Source: the human T2T-CHM13v2.0 reference genome, Homo sapiens
Reading direction: 5' to 3' (one strand)
Assembly: GCF_009914755.1 (NCBI RefSeq)
Contig: NC_060948.1
DNA length: 64,000 nucleotides
Positions 19,924 through 39,283 of the stretch are shown here, one piece after another (the stretch's first letter is position 1; each line of letters opens with the position of its first letter). The notes below the pieces were generated by a model that saw only the letters and a list, made by a program, of their open reading frames with translations, did not search any database and was not told where the DNA came from. Both the position numbers and the translations under genes were made by a program.

Positions 19924-22030
19924 AGATCCATATTTTTTAAATGAAAAAAAATTTCAAAGGTACTCTGCTTGGTACAATAATCAAATGTATAAACTGAGGA
20001 ATAAAACATAACCATGAAACCTACTTATAACTGCATATGGAAAATACAGAGGATAATTTTTTAAATAACATATTTTGAAAGCCTTAACTAGTAATTTGAA
20101 GAGTTGGCATTTGAAAGGCCAGTATGAATATACCTTCAAAGCAGCAACACAGGTTCCCCATGAGAAAAAGCAAACACAGGGAAAATAAAAACACAAAGGT
20201 TCAATCTCTTCTGACCTTTGAAAGACACAGCACAGACAGTGGTCCTTAGGACGAAGAGCAGGAGACCCCTAATTCCGTCACCATGGCGATAGGGCATAAA
20301 CATTGCTGGGTGAGGGCACAATCCACATTGTGAGGTCCAACTGCTGCCAGGAAGACAGGAGTGCTTTTACATAGACCGAAAGGTCATTGAAGGCTCAGAG
20401 TTTTGTTTCAAGAACTGAATCCCAAGCCCACACGTTATTAGGCTGCGCTTCTTAAAACAAGTTATGAGATGGGAAAAAGGGCCCCCACAAACATACGTAT
20501 ACATTATGTATATAATAATATACAGTATCATATATATAATATATATAACCTATGTATAATATTGTTTTACATCCTGCATCTTATGTTATATATATTGTAT
20601 AAAATATAATAATTGATAATATATAAGTTTTATAATTATACAATATGACATATAGTATATATTATAATTTATGACATGTATAATATATGTTATATGTCAT
20701 ATATAGAATATAGTATACGGTTAATATACGTATTAAATATAAATTATACATTATATATATTATATATAATATATCTGTTATATATAATACCCATTATGCA
20801 TAATATACATATTATGTCTATGTTATATATAGTATAAAACAACATATAATAATATATAATTGTATATATAAAATGCGACATATAATATATATTATATTTT
20901 ATAACATATGTAATATATATTATATATTATATATAATACGTTGTATGTATAATACCTATATTAAATATATATTATATGACTATGTTATTAATTACATGTC
21001 ACATGTGTTATATATTATATATTTTACATAGAATATACCGGTTACATACAATATATACTATGTTACCTATAATGTATTATTGATTACATGTAAAATAAAG
21101 AATGCAATATATTATGTAAAATTTATAATATACAATATGTGGAATGTGATATATGTAACATATAATATATGATATATGATATACAGTATATGATATATAA
21201 CATACAATATATGATTCCTAATATATATGGTATACAATATATATTTTATGATATGTATTCTATATGTTTTATATTCTGTTATATATAACTATTTGAAATT
21301 ATATATAACTGTATAATATTTTATGTAAATATGTAATATAATATATATAACTATATAATATATTATATATAACTATATATTATGTTATATATACTTTTAT
21401 AACATAATTTACATAAAATATCATAATATAATATATATTATATTTTTTCATATTACATAATATATATTACATATCACCCAATATAACTAACATACATAAT
21501 ATTATAATATAGATTATATTATGTTATATTAAATATCATATATATCATGTATCATATATTCTATAATATATATTACACATTGTATAATATGTATGTTGTC
21601 TATTATGTGATATATATAACTCAATATATAATTATATTTTTATACATATAACTAGATATACATGTAATTCTACATATTTTCATTTATAATATGTAGAATT
21701 ATATAATCATATATAATTATTTATATTCTATAAAAAATTTTATCATTATATAAATTATAATATATAAAAATTATAATATGTACTACAAATATATATATAT
21801 TATATATCATATATGATATAGTACCTTTGTTATATATCATAATACATATAAATGTGTATTATGTTATCTATAATTATATAATTTCATATATAAGATGTAT
21901 AATATGTATCATATATTATATATGTTATGTAATATATATAGTATATATAAGATGACACAGGATAAATATTATATACTATGACATATAAAATATATGAGGT
22001 TATATGTTACATATAAGGCATAGCACATAA

Positions 22031-22345
<315 letters not shown>

Positions 22346-24449
22346 AGATCCATATTTTGTAAATGAAAAAAAATTTCAAAGGTACTCTGCTTGGTACAAT
22401 AATCAAATGTATAAACTGAGGAATAAAACATAACCATGAAACCTACTTATAACTGCATATGGAAAATACAGAGGATAATTTTTTAAATAACATATTTTGA
22501 AAGCCTTAACTAGTAATTTGAAGAGTTGGCATTTGAAAGGCCAGTATGAATAAACCTTCAAAGCAGCAACACAGGTTCCCCATGAGAAAAAGCAAACACA
22601 GGGAAAATAAAAACACAAAGGTTCAATCTCTTCTGACCTTTGAAAGACACAGCACAGACAGTGGTCCTTAGGACGAAGAGCAGGAGACCCCTAATTCCGT
22701 CACCATGGCGATAGGGCATAAACATTGCTGGGTGAGGGCACAATCCACATTGTGAGGTCCAACTGCTGCCAGGAAGACAGGAGTGCTTTTACATAGACCG
22801 AAAGGTCATTGAAGGCTCAGAGTTTTGTTTCAAGAACTGAATCCCAAGCCCACACGTTATTAGGCTGCGCTTCTTAAAACAAGTTATGAGATGGGAAAAA
22901 GGGCACCCACAAACATACGTATACATTATGTATATAATAATATACTGTATCATATATATAATATATATAACCTATGTATAATATTGTTTTACATCCTGCA
23001 TCTTATGTTATATATATTGTATAAAATATAATAATTGATAATATATAAGTTTTATAATTATACAATATGACATATAGTATATATTATAATTTATGACATA
23101 TATAATATATGTTATATATCATATATAGAATATATTATACGGTTAATATACGTATTAAATATAAATTATACCTTATATATATTATATATAATATATCTGT
23201 TATATATAATACCCATTATGCATAATATATATATTATGTCTATGTTATATATAGTATAAAACAACATATTATAATATATAATTGTATATATAAAATGCGA
23301 CATATAATATATATTATATTTTATAACATATGTAATATATATTATATATTATATATAATACGTTGTATGTATAATACCTATATTAAATATATATTATATG
23401 ACTATGTTATTAATTACATGTCACATGTGTTATATATTATATATTTTACATAGAATATACCGGTTACATACAATATATACTATGTTACCTATAATGTATA
23501 ATTTATTACATGTAAAATAAAGAATGCAATATATTATGTATAATTTATAATATACAATATGTGGAATGTGACATATGTAACATATAATATATGATATATG
23601 ATATACAGTATATGATATATAACATACAATATATGATTCCTAATATATATGGTATACAATATATATTTTATGATATGTATTCTATATGTTTTATATTCTG
23701 TTATATATAACTATTTGAAATTATATATAACTGTATAATATTTTATGTAAATATGTAATATAATATATATAACTATATAATATATTATATATAACTATAT
23801 ATTATGTTATATATACTTTTATAACATAATTTACATAAAATATCATAATATAATATATATTATATTATTTCATATTACATAATATATATTACATATCACC
23901 CAATATAACTAACATACATAATATTATAATATAGATTATATTATGTTATATTAAATATCATATATATCATGTATCATATATTCTATAATATATATTACAC
24001 ATTATATAATATGTATGTTGTCTATTATGTGATATATATAACTCAATATATAATTATATTTTTATACATATAACTAGATAAACATGTAATTCTACATATT
24101 TTCATTTATAATATGTAGAATTATATAATCATATATAATTATTTATATTCTATAAAAAATTTTATCATTATATAAATTATAATATATAAAAATTATAATA
24201 TGTACTACAAATATATATATTATATATCTTATATGATATAGTACTTTGTTATATATCATAATACATATAAATGTGTATTATGTTATCTATAATTATATAA
24301 TTTCATATATAAGATGTATAATATGTATCATATATTATATATGTTATGTAATATATATAGTATATATAAGATGACACAGGATAAATATTATATACTATGA
24401 CATATAAAATATATGAGGTTATATGTTACATATAAGGCATAGCACATAA

Positions 24450-24764
<315 letters not shown>

Positions 24765-26869
24765 AGATCCATATTTTGTAAATGAAAAAAAATTTCAAAG
24801 GTACTCTGCTTGGTACAATAATCAAATGTATAAACTGAGGAATAAAACATAACCATGAAACCTACTTATAACTGCATATGGAAAATACAGAGGATAATTT
24901 TTTAAATAACATATTTTGAAAGCCTTAACTAGTAATTTGAAGAGTTGGCATTTGAAAGGCCAGTATGAATAAACCTTCAAAGCAGCAACACAGGTTCCCC
25001 ATGAGAAAAAGCAAACACAGGGAAAATAAAAACACAAAGGTTCAATCTCTTCTGACCTTTGAAAGACACAGCACAGACAGTGGTCCTTAGGACGAAGAGC
25101 AGGAGACCCCTAATTCCGTCACCATGGCGATAGGGCATAAACATTGCTGGGTGAGGGCACAATCCACATTGTGAGGTCCAACTGCTGCCAGGAAGACAGG
25201 AGTGCTTTTACATAGACCGAAAGGTCATTGAAGGCTCAGAGTTTTGTTTCAAGAACTGAATCCCAAGCCCACACGTTATTAGGCTGCGCTTCTTAAAACA
25301 AGTTATGAGATGGGAAAAAGGGCACCCACAAACATACGTATACATTATGTATATAATAATATACTGTATCATATATATAATATATATAACCTATGTATAA
25401 TATTGTTTTACATCCTGCATCTTATGTTATATATATTGTATAAAATATAATAATTGATAATATATAAGTTTTATAATTATACAATATGACATATAGTATA
25501 TATTATAATTTATGACATATATAATATATGTTATATATCATATATAGAATATATTATACGGTTAATATACGTATTAAATATAAATTATACCTTATATATA
25601 TTATATATAATATATCTGTTATATATAATACCCATTATGCATAATATATATATTATGTCTATGTTATATATAGTATAAAACAACATATAATAATATATAA
25701 TTGTATATATAAAATGCGACATATAATATATATTATATTTTATAACATATGTAATATATATTATATATTATATATAATACGTTGTATGTATAATACCTAT
25801 ATTAAATATATATTATATGACTATGTTATTAATTACATGTCACATGTGTTATATATTATATATTTTACATAGAATATACCGGTTACATACAATATATACT
25901 ATGTTACCTATAATGTATAATTTATTACATGTAAAATAAAGAATGCAATATATTATGTATAATTTATAATATACAATATGTGGAATGTGACATATGTAAC
26001 ATATAATATATGATATATGATATACAGTATATGATATATAACATACAATATATGATTCCTAATATATATGGTATACAATATATATTTTATGATATGTATT
26101 CTATATGTTTTATATTCTGTTATATATAACTATTTGAAATTATATATAACTGTATAATATTTTATGTAAATATGTAATATAATATATATAACTATATAAT
26201 ATATTATATATAACTATATATTATGTTATATATACTTTTATAACATAATTTACATAAAATATCATAATATAATATATATTATATTATTTCATATTACATA
26301 ATATATATTACATATCACCCAATATAACTAACATACATAATATTATAATATAGATTATATTATGTTATATTAAATATCATATATATCATGTATCATATAT
26401 TCTATAATATATATTACACATTATATAATATGTATGTTGTCTATTACGTGATATATATAACTCAATATATAATTATATTTTTATACATATAACTAGATAA
26501 ACATGTAATTCTACATATTTTCATTTATAATATGTAGAATTATATAATCATATATAATTATTTATATTCTATAAAAAATTTTATCATTATATAAATTATA
26601 ATATATAAAAATTATAATATGTACTACAAATATATATATTATATATCATATATGATATAGTACCTTTGTTATATATCATAATACATATAAATGTGTATTA
26701 TGTTATCTATAATTATATAATTTCATATATAAGATGTATAATATGTATCATATATTATATATGTTATGTAATATATATAGTATATATAAGATGACACAGG
26801 ATAAATATTATATACTATGACATATAAAATATATGAGGTTATATGTTACATATAAGGCATAGCACATAA

Positions 26870-27184
<315 letters not shown>

Positions 27185-29287
27185 AGATCCATATTTTTTA
27201 AATGAAAAAAAATTTCAAAGGTACTCTGCTTGGTACAATAATCAAATGTATAAACTGAGGAATAAAACATAACCATGAAACCTACTTATAACTGCATATG
27301 GAAAATACAGAGGATAATTTTTTAAATAACATATTTTGAAAGCCTTAACTAGTAATTTGAAGAGTTGGCATTTGAAAGGCCAGTATGAATATACCTTCAA
27401 AGCAGCAACACAGGTTCCCCATGAGAAAAAGCAAACACAGGGAAAATAAAAACACAAAGGTTCAATCTCTTCTGACCTTTGAAAGACACAGCACAGACAG
27501 TGGTCCTTAGGACGAAGAGCAGGAGACCCCTAATTCCGTCACCATGGCGATAGGGCATAAACATTGCTGGGTGAGGGCACAATCCACATTGTGAGGTCCA
27601 ACTGCTGCCAGGAAGACAGGAGTGCTTTTACATAGACCGAAAGGTCATTGAAGGCTCAGAGTTTTGTTTCAAGAACTGAATCCCAAGCCCACACGTTATT
27701 AGGCTGCGCTTCTTAAAACAAGTTATGAGATGGGAAAAAGGGCCCCCACAAACATACGTATACATTATGTATATAATAATATACAGTATCATATATATAA
27801 TATATATAACCTATGTATAATATTGTTTTACATCCTGCATCTTATGTTATATATATTGTATAAAATATAATAATTGATAATATATAAGTTTTATAATTAT
27901 ACAATATGACATATAGTATATATTATAATTTATGACATGTATAATATATGTTATATGTCATATATAGAATATATTATACGGTTAATATACGTATTAAATA
28001 TAAATTATACATTATATATATTATATATAATATATCTGTTATATATAATACCCATTATGCATAATATACATATTATGTCTATGTTATATATAGTATAAAA
28101 CAACATATAATAATATATAATTGTATATATAAAATGCGACATATAATATATATTATATTTTATAACATATGTAATATATATTATATATTATATATAATAC
28201 GTTGTATGTATAATACCTATATTAAATATATATTATATGACTATGTTATTAATTACATGTCACATGTGTTATATATTATATATTTTCCATAGAATATACC
28301 GGTTACATACAATATATACTATGTTACCTATAATGTATAATTTATTACATGTAAAATAAATAATGCAATATATTATGTATAATTTATAATATACAATATG
28401 TGGAATGTGACATATGTAACATATAATATATGATATATGATATACAGTATATGATATATAACATACAATATATGATTCCTAATATATATGGTATACAATA
28501 TATATTTTATGATATGTATTCTATATGTTTTATATTCTGTTATATATAACTATTTGAAATTATATATAACTGTATAATATTTTATGTAAATATGTAATAT
28601 AATATATATAACTATATAATATATTATATATAACTATATATTATGTTATATATACTTTTATAACATAATTTACATAAAATATCATAATATAATATATATT
28701 ATATTATTTCATATTACATAATATATATTACATATCACCCAATATAACTAACATACATAATATTATAATATAGATTATATTATGTTATATTAAATATCAT
28801 ATATATCATGTATCATATATTCTATAATATATATTACACATTATATAATATGTATGTTGTCTATTATGTGATATATATAACTATATATAATTATATTTTT
28901 ATACATATAACTAGATAAACATGTAATTCTACATATTTTCATTTGTAATATGTAGAATTATATAATCATATATAATTATTTATATTCTATAAAAAATTTT
29001 ATCATTATATAAATTATAATATATAAAAATTATAATATGTACTACAAATATATATATTATATATCATATATGATATAGTACCTTTGTTATATATCATAAT
29101 ACATATAAATGTGTATTATGTTATCTATAATTATATAATTTCATATATAAGGTGTATAATATGTATCATATATTATATATGTTATGTAATATATATAGTA
29201 TATATAAGATGACACAGGATAAATATTATATACTATGACATATAAAATATATGAGGTTATATGTTACATATAAGGCATAGCACATAA

Positions 29288-29602
<315 letters not shown>

Positions 29603-31709
29603 AGATCCATATTTTTTAAATGAAAAAAAATTTCAAAGGTACTCTGCTTGGTACAATAATCAAATGTATAAACTGAGGAATAAAACATAACCATGAAACC
29701 TACTTATAACTGCATATGGAAAATACAGAGGATAATTTTTTAAATAACATATTTTGAAAGCCTTAACTAGTAATTTGAAGAGTTGGCATTTGAAAGGCCA
29801 GTATGAATATACCTTCAAAGCAGCAACACAGGTTCCCCATGAGAAAAAGCAAACACAGGGAAAATAAAAACACAAAGGTTCAATCTCTTCTGACCTTTGA
29901 AAGACACAGCACAGACAGTGGTCCTTAGGACGAAGAGCAGGAGACCCCTAATTCCGTCACCATGGCGATAGGGCATAAACATTGCTGGGTGAGGGCACAA
30001 TCCACATTGTGAGGTCCAACTGCTGCCAGGAAGACAGGAGTGCTTTTACATAGACCGAAAGGTCATTGAAGGCTCAGAGTTTTGTTTCAAGAACTGAATC
30101 CCAAGCCCACACGTTATTAGGCTGCGCTTCTTAAAACAAGTTATGAGATGGGAAAAAGGGCACCCACAAACATACGTATACATTATGTATATAATAATAT
30201 ACAGTATCATATATATAATATATATAACCTATGTATAATATTGTTTTACATCCTGCATCTTATGTTATATATATTGTATAAAATATAATAATTGATAATA
30301 TATAAGTTTTATAATTATACAATATGACATATAGTATATATTATAATTTATGACATATATAATATATGTTATATGTCATATATAGAATATATTATACGGT
30401 TAATATACGTATTAAATATAAATTATACATTATATATATTATATATAATATATCTGTTATATATAATACCCATTATGCATAATATATATATTATGTCTAT
30501 GTTATATATAGTATAAAACAACATATAATAATATATAATTGTATATATAAAATGCGACATATAATATATATTATATTTTATAACATATGTAATATATATT
30601 ATATATTATATATAATATGTTGTATGTATAATACCTATATTAAATATATATTATATGACTATGTTATTAATTACATGTCACATGTGTTATATATTATATA
30701 TTTTACATAGAATATACCGGTTACATACAATATATACTATGTTACCTATAATGTATAATTGATTACATGTAAAATAAAGAATGCAATATATTATGTAAAA
30801 TTTATAATATACAATATGTGGAATGTGATATATGTAACATATAATATATGATATATGATATACAGTATATGATATATAACATACAATATATGATTCCTAA
30901 TATATATGGTATACAATATATATTTTATGATATGTATTCTATATGTTTTATATTCTGTTATATATAACTATTTGAAATTATATATAACTGTATAATATTT
31001 TATGTAAATATGTAATATAATATATATAACTATATAATATATTATATATAACTATATATTATGTTATATATACTTTTATAACATAATTTACATAAAATAT
31101 CATAATATAATATATATTATATTATTTCATATTACATAATATATATTACATATCACCCAATGTAACTAACATACATAATATTATAATATAGATTATATTA
31201 TGTTATATTAAATATCATATATATCATGTATCATATATTCTATAATATATATTACACATTATATAATATGTATGTTGTCTATTATGTGATATATATAACT
31301 ATATATATAATTATATTTTTATACATATAACTAGATAAACATGTAATTCTACATATTTTCATTTGTAATATGTAGAATTATATAATCATATATAATTATT
31401 TATATTCTATAAAAAATTTTATCATTATATAAATTATAATATATAAAAATTATAATATGTACTACAAATATATATATATTATATATCATATATGATATAG
31501 TACCTTTGTTATATATCATAATACATATAAATGTGTATTATGTTATCTATAATTATATAATTTCATATATAAGATGTATAATATGTATCATATATTATAT
31601 ATGTTATGTAATATATATAGTATATATAAGATGACACAGGATAAATATTATATACTATGACATATAAAATATATGAGGTTATATGTTACATATAAGGCAT
31701 AGCACATAA

Positions 31710-32024
<315 letters not shown>

Positions 32025-34129
32025 AGATCCGTATTTTTTAAATGAAAAAAAATTTCAAAGGTACTCTGCTTGGTACAATAATCAAATGTATAAACTGAGG
32101 AATAAAACATAACCATGAAACCTACTTATAACTGCATATGGAAAATACAGAGGATAATTTTTTAAATAACATATTTTGAAAGCCTTAACTAGTAATTTGA
32201 AGAGTTGGCATTTGAAAGGCCAGTATGAATATACCTTCAAAGCAGCAACACAGGTTCCCCATGAGAAAAAGCAAACACAGGGAAAATAAAAACACAAAGG
32301 TTCAATCTCTTCTGACCTTTGAAAGACACAGCACAGACAGTGGTCCTTAGGACGAAGAGCAGGAGACCCCTAATTCCGTCACCATGGCGATAGGGCATAA
32401 ACATTGCTGGGTGAGGGCACAATCCACATTGTGAGGTCCAACTGCTGCCAGGAAGACAGGAGTGCTTTTACATAGACCGAAAGGTCATTGAAGGCTCAGA
32501 GTTTTGTTTCAAGAACTGAATCCCAAGCCCACACGTTATTAGGCTGCGCTTCTTAAAACAAGTTATGAGATGGGAAAAAGGGCACCCACAAACATACGTA
32601 TACATTATGTATATAATAATATACAGTATCATATATATAATATATATAACCTATGTATAATATTGTTTTACATCCTGCATCTTATGTTATATATATTGTA
32701 TAAAATATAATAATTGATAATATATAAGTTTTATAATTATACAATATGACATATAGTATATATTATAATGTATGACATATATAATATATGTTATATATCA
32801 TATATAGAGTATATTATACGGTTAATATACGTATTAAATATAAATTATACCTTATATATATTATATATAATATATCTGTTATATATAATACCCATTATGC
32901 ATAATATATATATTATGTCTGTTATATATAGTATAAAACAACATATAATAATATATAATTGTATATATAAAATGCGACATATAATATATATTATATTTTA
33001 TAACATATGTAATATATATTATATATTATATATAATACGTTGTATGTATAATACCTATATTAAATATATATTATATGACTATGTTATTAATTACATGTCA
33101 CATGTGTTATATATTATATATTTTACATAGAATATACCGGTTACATACAATATATACTATGTTACCTATAATGTATAATTTATTACATGTAAAATAAATA
33201 ATGCAATATATTATGTAAAATTTATAATATACAATATGTGGAATGTGATATATGTAACATATAATGTATGATATATGATATACAGTATATGATATGTAAC
33301 ATACAATATATGATTCCTAATATATATGGTATACAATATAGATTTTATGATATGTATTCTATATGTTTTATATTCTGTTATATATAACTATTTGAAATTA
33401 TATATAACTGTATAATATTTTATGTAAATATGAAATATAATATATATAACTATATAATATATTATATATAACTATATATTATGTTATGTATACTTTTATA
33501 ACATAATTTACATAAAATATCATAATATAATATATATTATATTATTTCATATTACATAATATATATTACATATCACCCAATATAACTAACATACATAATA
33601 TTATAATATAGATTATATTATGTTATATTAAATATCATATATATCATGTATCATATATTCTATAATATATATTACACATTATATAATATGTATGTTGTCT
33701 ATTATGTGATATATATAACTATATATATAATTATATTTTTATACATATAACTAGATAAACATGTAATTCTACATATTTTCATTTATAATATGTAGAATTA
33801 TATAATCATACATAATTATTTATATTCTATAAAAAATTTTATCATTATATAAATTATAATATATAAAAATTATAATATGTACTACAAATATATATATATT
33901 ATATATCATATATGATATAGTACCTTTGTTATATATCATAATACATATAAATGTGTATTATGTTATCTATAATTATATAATTTCATATATAAGGTGTATA
34001 ATATGTATCATATATTATATATGTTATGTAATATATATAGTATATATAAGATGACACAGGATAAATATTATATACTATGACATATAAAATATATGAGGTT
34101 ATATGTTACATATAAGGCATAGCACATAA

Positions 34130-34444
<315 letters not shown>

Positions 34445-36549
34445 AGATCCGTATTTTTTAAATGAAAAAAAATTTCAAAGGTACTCTGCTTGGTACAATA
34501 ATCAAATGTATAAACTGAGGAATAAAACATAACCATGAAACCTACTTATAACTGCATATGGAAAATACAGAGGATAATTTTTTAAATAACATATTTTGAA
34601 AGCCTTAACTAGTAATTTGAAGAGTTGGCATTTGAAAGGCCAGTATGAATATACCTTCAAAGCAGCAACACAGGTTCCCCATGAGAAAAAGCAAACACAG
34701 GGAAAATAAAAACACAAAGGTTCAATCTCTTCTGACCTTTGAAAGACACAGCACAGACAGTGGTCCTTAGGACGAAGAGCAGGAGACCCCTAATTCCGTC
34801 ACCATGGCGATAGGGCATAAACATTGCTGGGTGAGGGCACAATCCACATTGTGAGGTCCAACTGCTGCCAGGAAGACAGGAGTGCTTTTACATAGACCGA
34901 AAGGTCATTGAAGGCTCAGAGTTTTGTTTCAAGAACTGAATCCCAAGCCCACACGTTATTAGGCTGCGCTTCTTAAAACAAGTTATGAGATGGGAAAAAG
35001 GGCACCCACAAACATACGTATACATTATGTATATAATAATATACAGTATCATATATATAATATATATAACCTATGTATAATATTGTTTTACATCCTGCAT
35101 CTTATGTTATATATATTGTATAAAATATAATAATTGATAATATATAAGTTTTATAATTATACAATATGACATAATATATATTATAATTTATGACATATAT
35201 AATATATGTTATATGTCATATATAGAATATATTATACGGTTAATATACGTATTAAATATAAATTATACATTATATATATTATATATAATATATCTGTTAT
35301 ATATAATACCCATTATGCATAATATATATATTATGTCTATGTTATATATAGTATAAAACAACATATAATAATATATAATTGTATATATAAAATGCGACAT
35401 ATAATATATATTATATTTTATAACATATGTAATATATATTATATATTATATATAATACGTTGTATGTATAATACCTATATTAAATATATATTATATGACT
35501 ATGTTATTAATTACATGTCACATGTGTTATATATTATATATTTTACATAGAATATACTGGTTACATACAATATATACTATGTTACCTATAATGTATAATT
35601 TATTACATGTAAAATAAAGAATGCAATATATTATGTATAATTTATAATATACAATATGTGGAATGTGACATATGTAACATATAATATATGATATATGATA
35701 TACAGTATATGATATATAACATACAATATATGATTCCTAATATATATGGTATACAATATCTATTTTATGATATGTATTCTATATGTTTTATATTCTGTTA
35801 TATATAACTATTTGAAATTATATATAACTGTATAATATTTTATGTAAATATGTAATATAATATATATAACTATATAATATATTATATATAACTATATATT
35901 ATGTTATATATACTTTTATAACATAATTTACATAAAATATCATAATATAATATATATTATATTATTTCATATTACATAATATATATTACATATCACCCAA
36001 TATAACTAACATACATAATATTATAATATAGATTATATTATGTTATATTAAATATCATATATATCATGTATCATATATTCTATAATATATATTACACATT
36101 ATATAATATGTATGTTGTCTATTATGTGATATATATAACTATATATATAATTATATTTTTATACATATAACTAGATAAACATGTAATTCTACATATTTTC
36201 ATTTATAATATGTAGAATTATATAATCATATATAATTATTTATATTCTATAAAAAATTTTATCATTATATAAATTATAATATATAAAAATTATAATATGT
36301 ACTACAAATATATATATATTATATATCATATATGATATAGTACCTTTGTTATATATCATAATACATATAAATGTGTATTATGTTATCTATAATTATATAA
36401 TTTCATATATAAGATGTATAATATGTATCATATATTATATATGTTATGAAATATATATAGTATATATAAGATGACACAGGATAAATATTATATACTATGA
36501 CATATAAAATATATGAGGTTATATGTTACATATAAGGCATAGCACATAA

Positions 36550-36864
<315 letters not shown>

Positions 36865-38968
36865 AGATCCGTATTTTTTAAATGAAAAAAAATTTCAAAG
36901 GTACTCTGCTTGGTACAATAATCAAATGTATAAACTGAGGAATAAAACATAACCATGAAACCTACTTATAACTGCATATGGAAAATACAGAGGATAATTT
37001 TTTAAATAACATATTTTGAAAGCCTTAACTAGTAATTTGAAGAGTTGGCATTTGAAAGGCCAGTATGAATATACCTTCAAAGCAGCAACACAGGTTCCCC
37101 ATGAGAAAAAGCAAACACAGGGAAAATAAAAACACAAAGGTTCAATCTCTTCTGACCTTTGAAAGACACAGCACAGACAGTGGTCCTTAGGACGAAGAGC
37201 AGGAGACCCCTAATTCCGTCACCATGGCGATAGGGCATAAACATTGCTGGGTGAGGGCACAATCCACATTGTGAGGTCCAACTGCTGCCAGGAAGACAGG
37301 AGTGCTTTTACATAGACCGAAAGGTCATTGAAGGCTCAGAGTTTTGTTTCAAGAACTGAATCCCAAGCCCACACGTTATTAGGCTGCGCTTCTTAAAACA
37401 AGTGATGAGATGGGAAAAAGGGCACCCACAAACATACGTATACATTATGTATATAATAATATACAGTATCATATATATAATATATATAACCTATGTATAA
37501 TATTGTTTTACATCCTGCATCTTATGTTATATATATTGTGTAAAATATAATAATTGATAATATATAAGTTTTATAATTATACAATATGACATATAGTATA
37601 TATTATAATTTATGACATATATAATATATGTTATATATCATATATAGAATATATTATACGGTTAATATACGTATTAAATGTAAATTATACCTTATATATA
37701 TTATATATAATATAACTGTTATATATAATACCCATTATGCATAATATATATATTATGTCTATGTTATATATAGTATAAAACAACATATAATAATATATAA
37801 TTGTATATATAAAATGCGACATATAATATATATTATATTTTATAACATATGTAATATATATTATATATTATATATAATACGTTGTATGTATAATACCTAT
37901 ATTAAATATATATTATATGACTATGTTATTAATTACATGTCACATGTGTTATATATTATATATTTTACATAGAATATACCGGTTACATACAATATATACT
38001 ATGTTACCTATAATGTATAATTGATTACATGTAAAATAAAGAATGCAATATATTATGTATAATTTATAATATACAATATGTGGAATGTGATATATGTAAC
38101 ATATAATATATGATATATGATATACAGTATATGATATATAACATACAATATATGATTCCTAATATATATGGTATACAATATATATTTTATGATATGTATT
38201 CTATATGTTTTATATTCTGTTATATATAACTATTTGAAATTATATATAACTGTATATTTTATGTAAATATGTAATATAATATATATAACTATATAATATA
38301 TTATATATAACTATATATTATGTTATGTATACTTTTATAACATAATTTACATAAAATATCATAATATAATATATATTATATTATTTCATATTACATAATA
38401 TATATTACATATCACCCAATATAACTAACATACATAATATTATAATATAGATTATATTATGTTATATTAAATATCATATATATCATGTATCATATATTCT
38501 ATAATATATATTACACATTATATAATATGTATGTTGTCTATTATGTGATATATATAACTATATATATAATTATATTTTTATACATATAACTAGATAAACA
38601 TGTAATTCTACATATTTTCATTTATAATATGTAGAAGTATATAATCATACATAATTATTTATATTCTATAAAAAATTTTATCATTATATAAATTATAATA
38701 TATAAAAATTATAATATGTACTACAAATATATATATATTATATATCATATATGATATAGTACCTTTGTTATATATCATAATACATATAAATGTGTATTAT
38801 GTTATCTATAATTATATAATTTCATATATAAGGTGTATAATATGTATCATATATTATATATGTTATGTAATATATATAGTATATATAAGATGACACAGGA
38901 TAAATATTATATACTATGACATATAAAATATATGAGGTTATATGTTACATATAAGGCATAGCACATAA

Positions 38969-39283
<315 letters not shown>

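Noticed and set aside
32768-33130. 120-aa Ile/Tyr-rich ORF unique to unit 14
   Set aside because: Translation of TA-rich DNA, created by a private T>G (ATG at 32768) and a 2-bp deletion near 32920.
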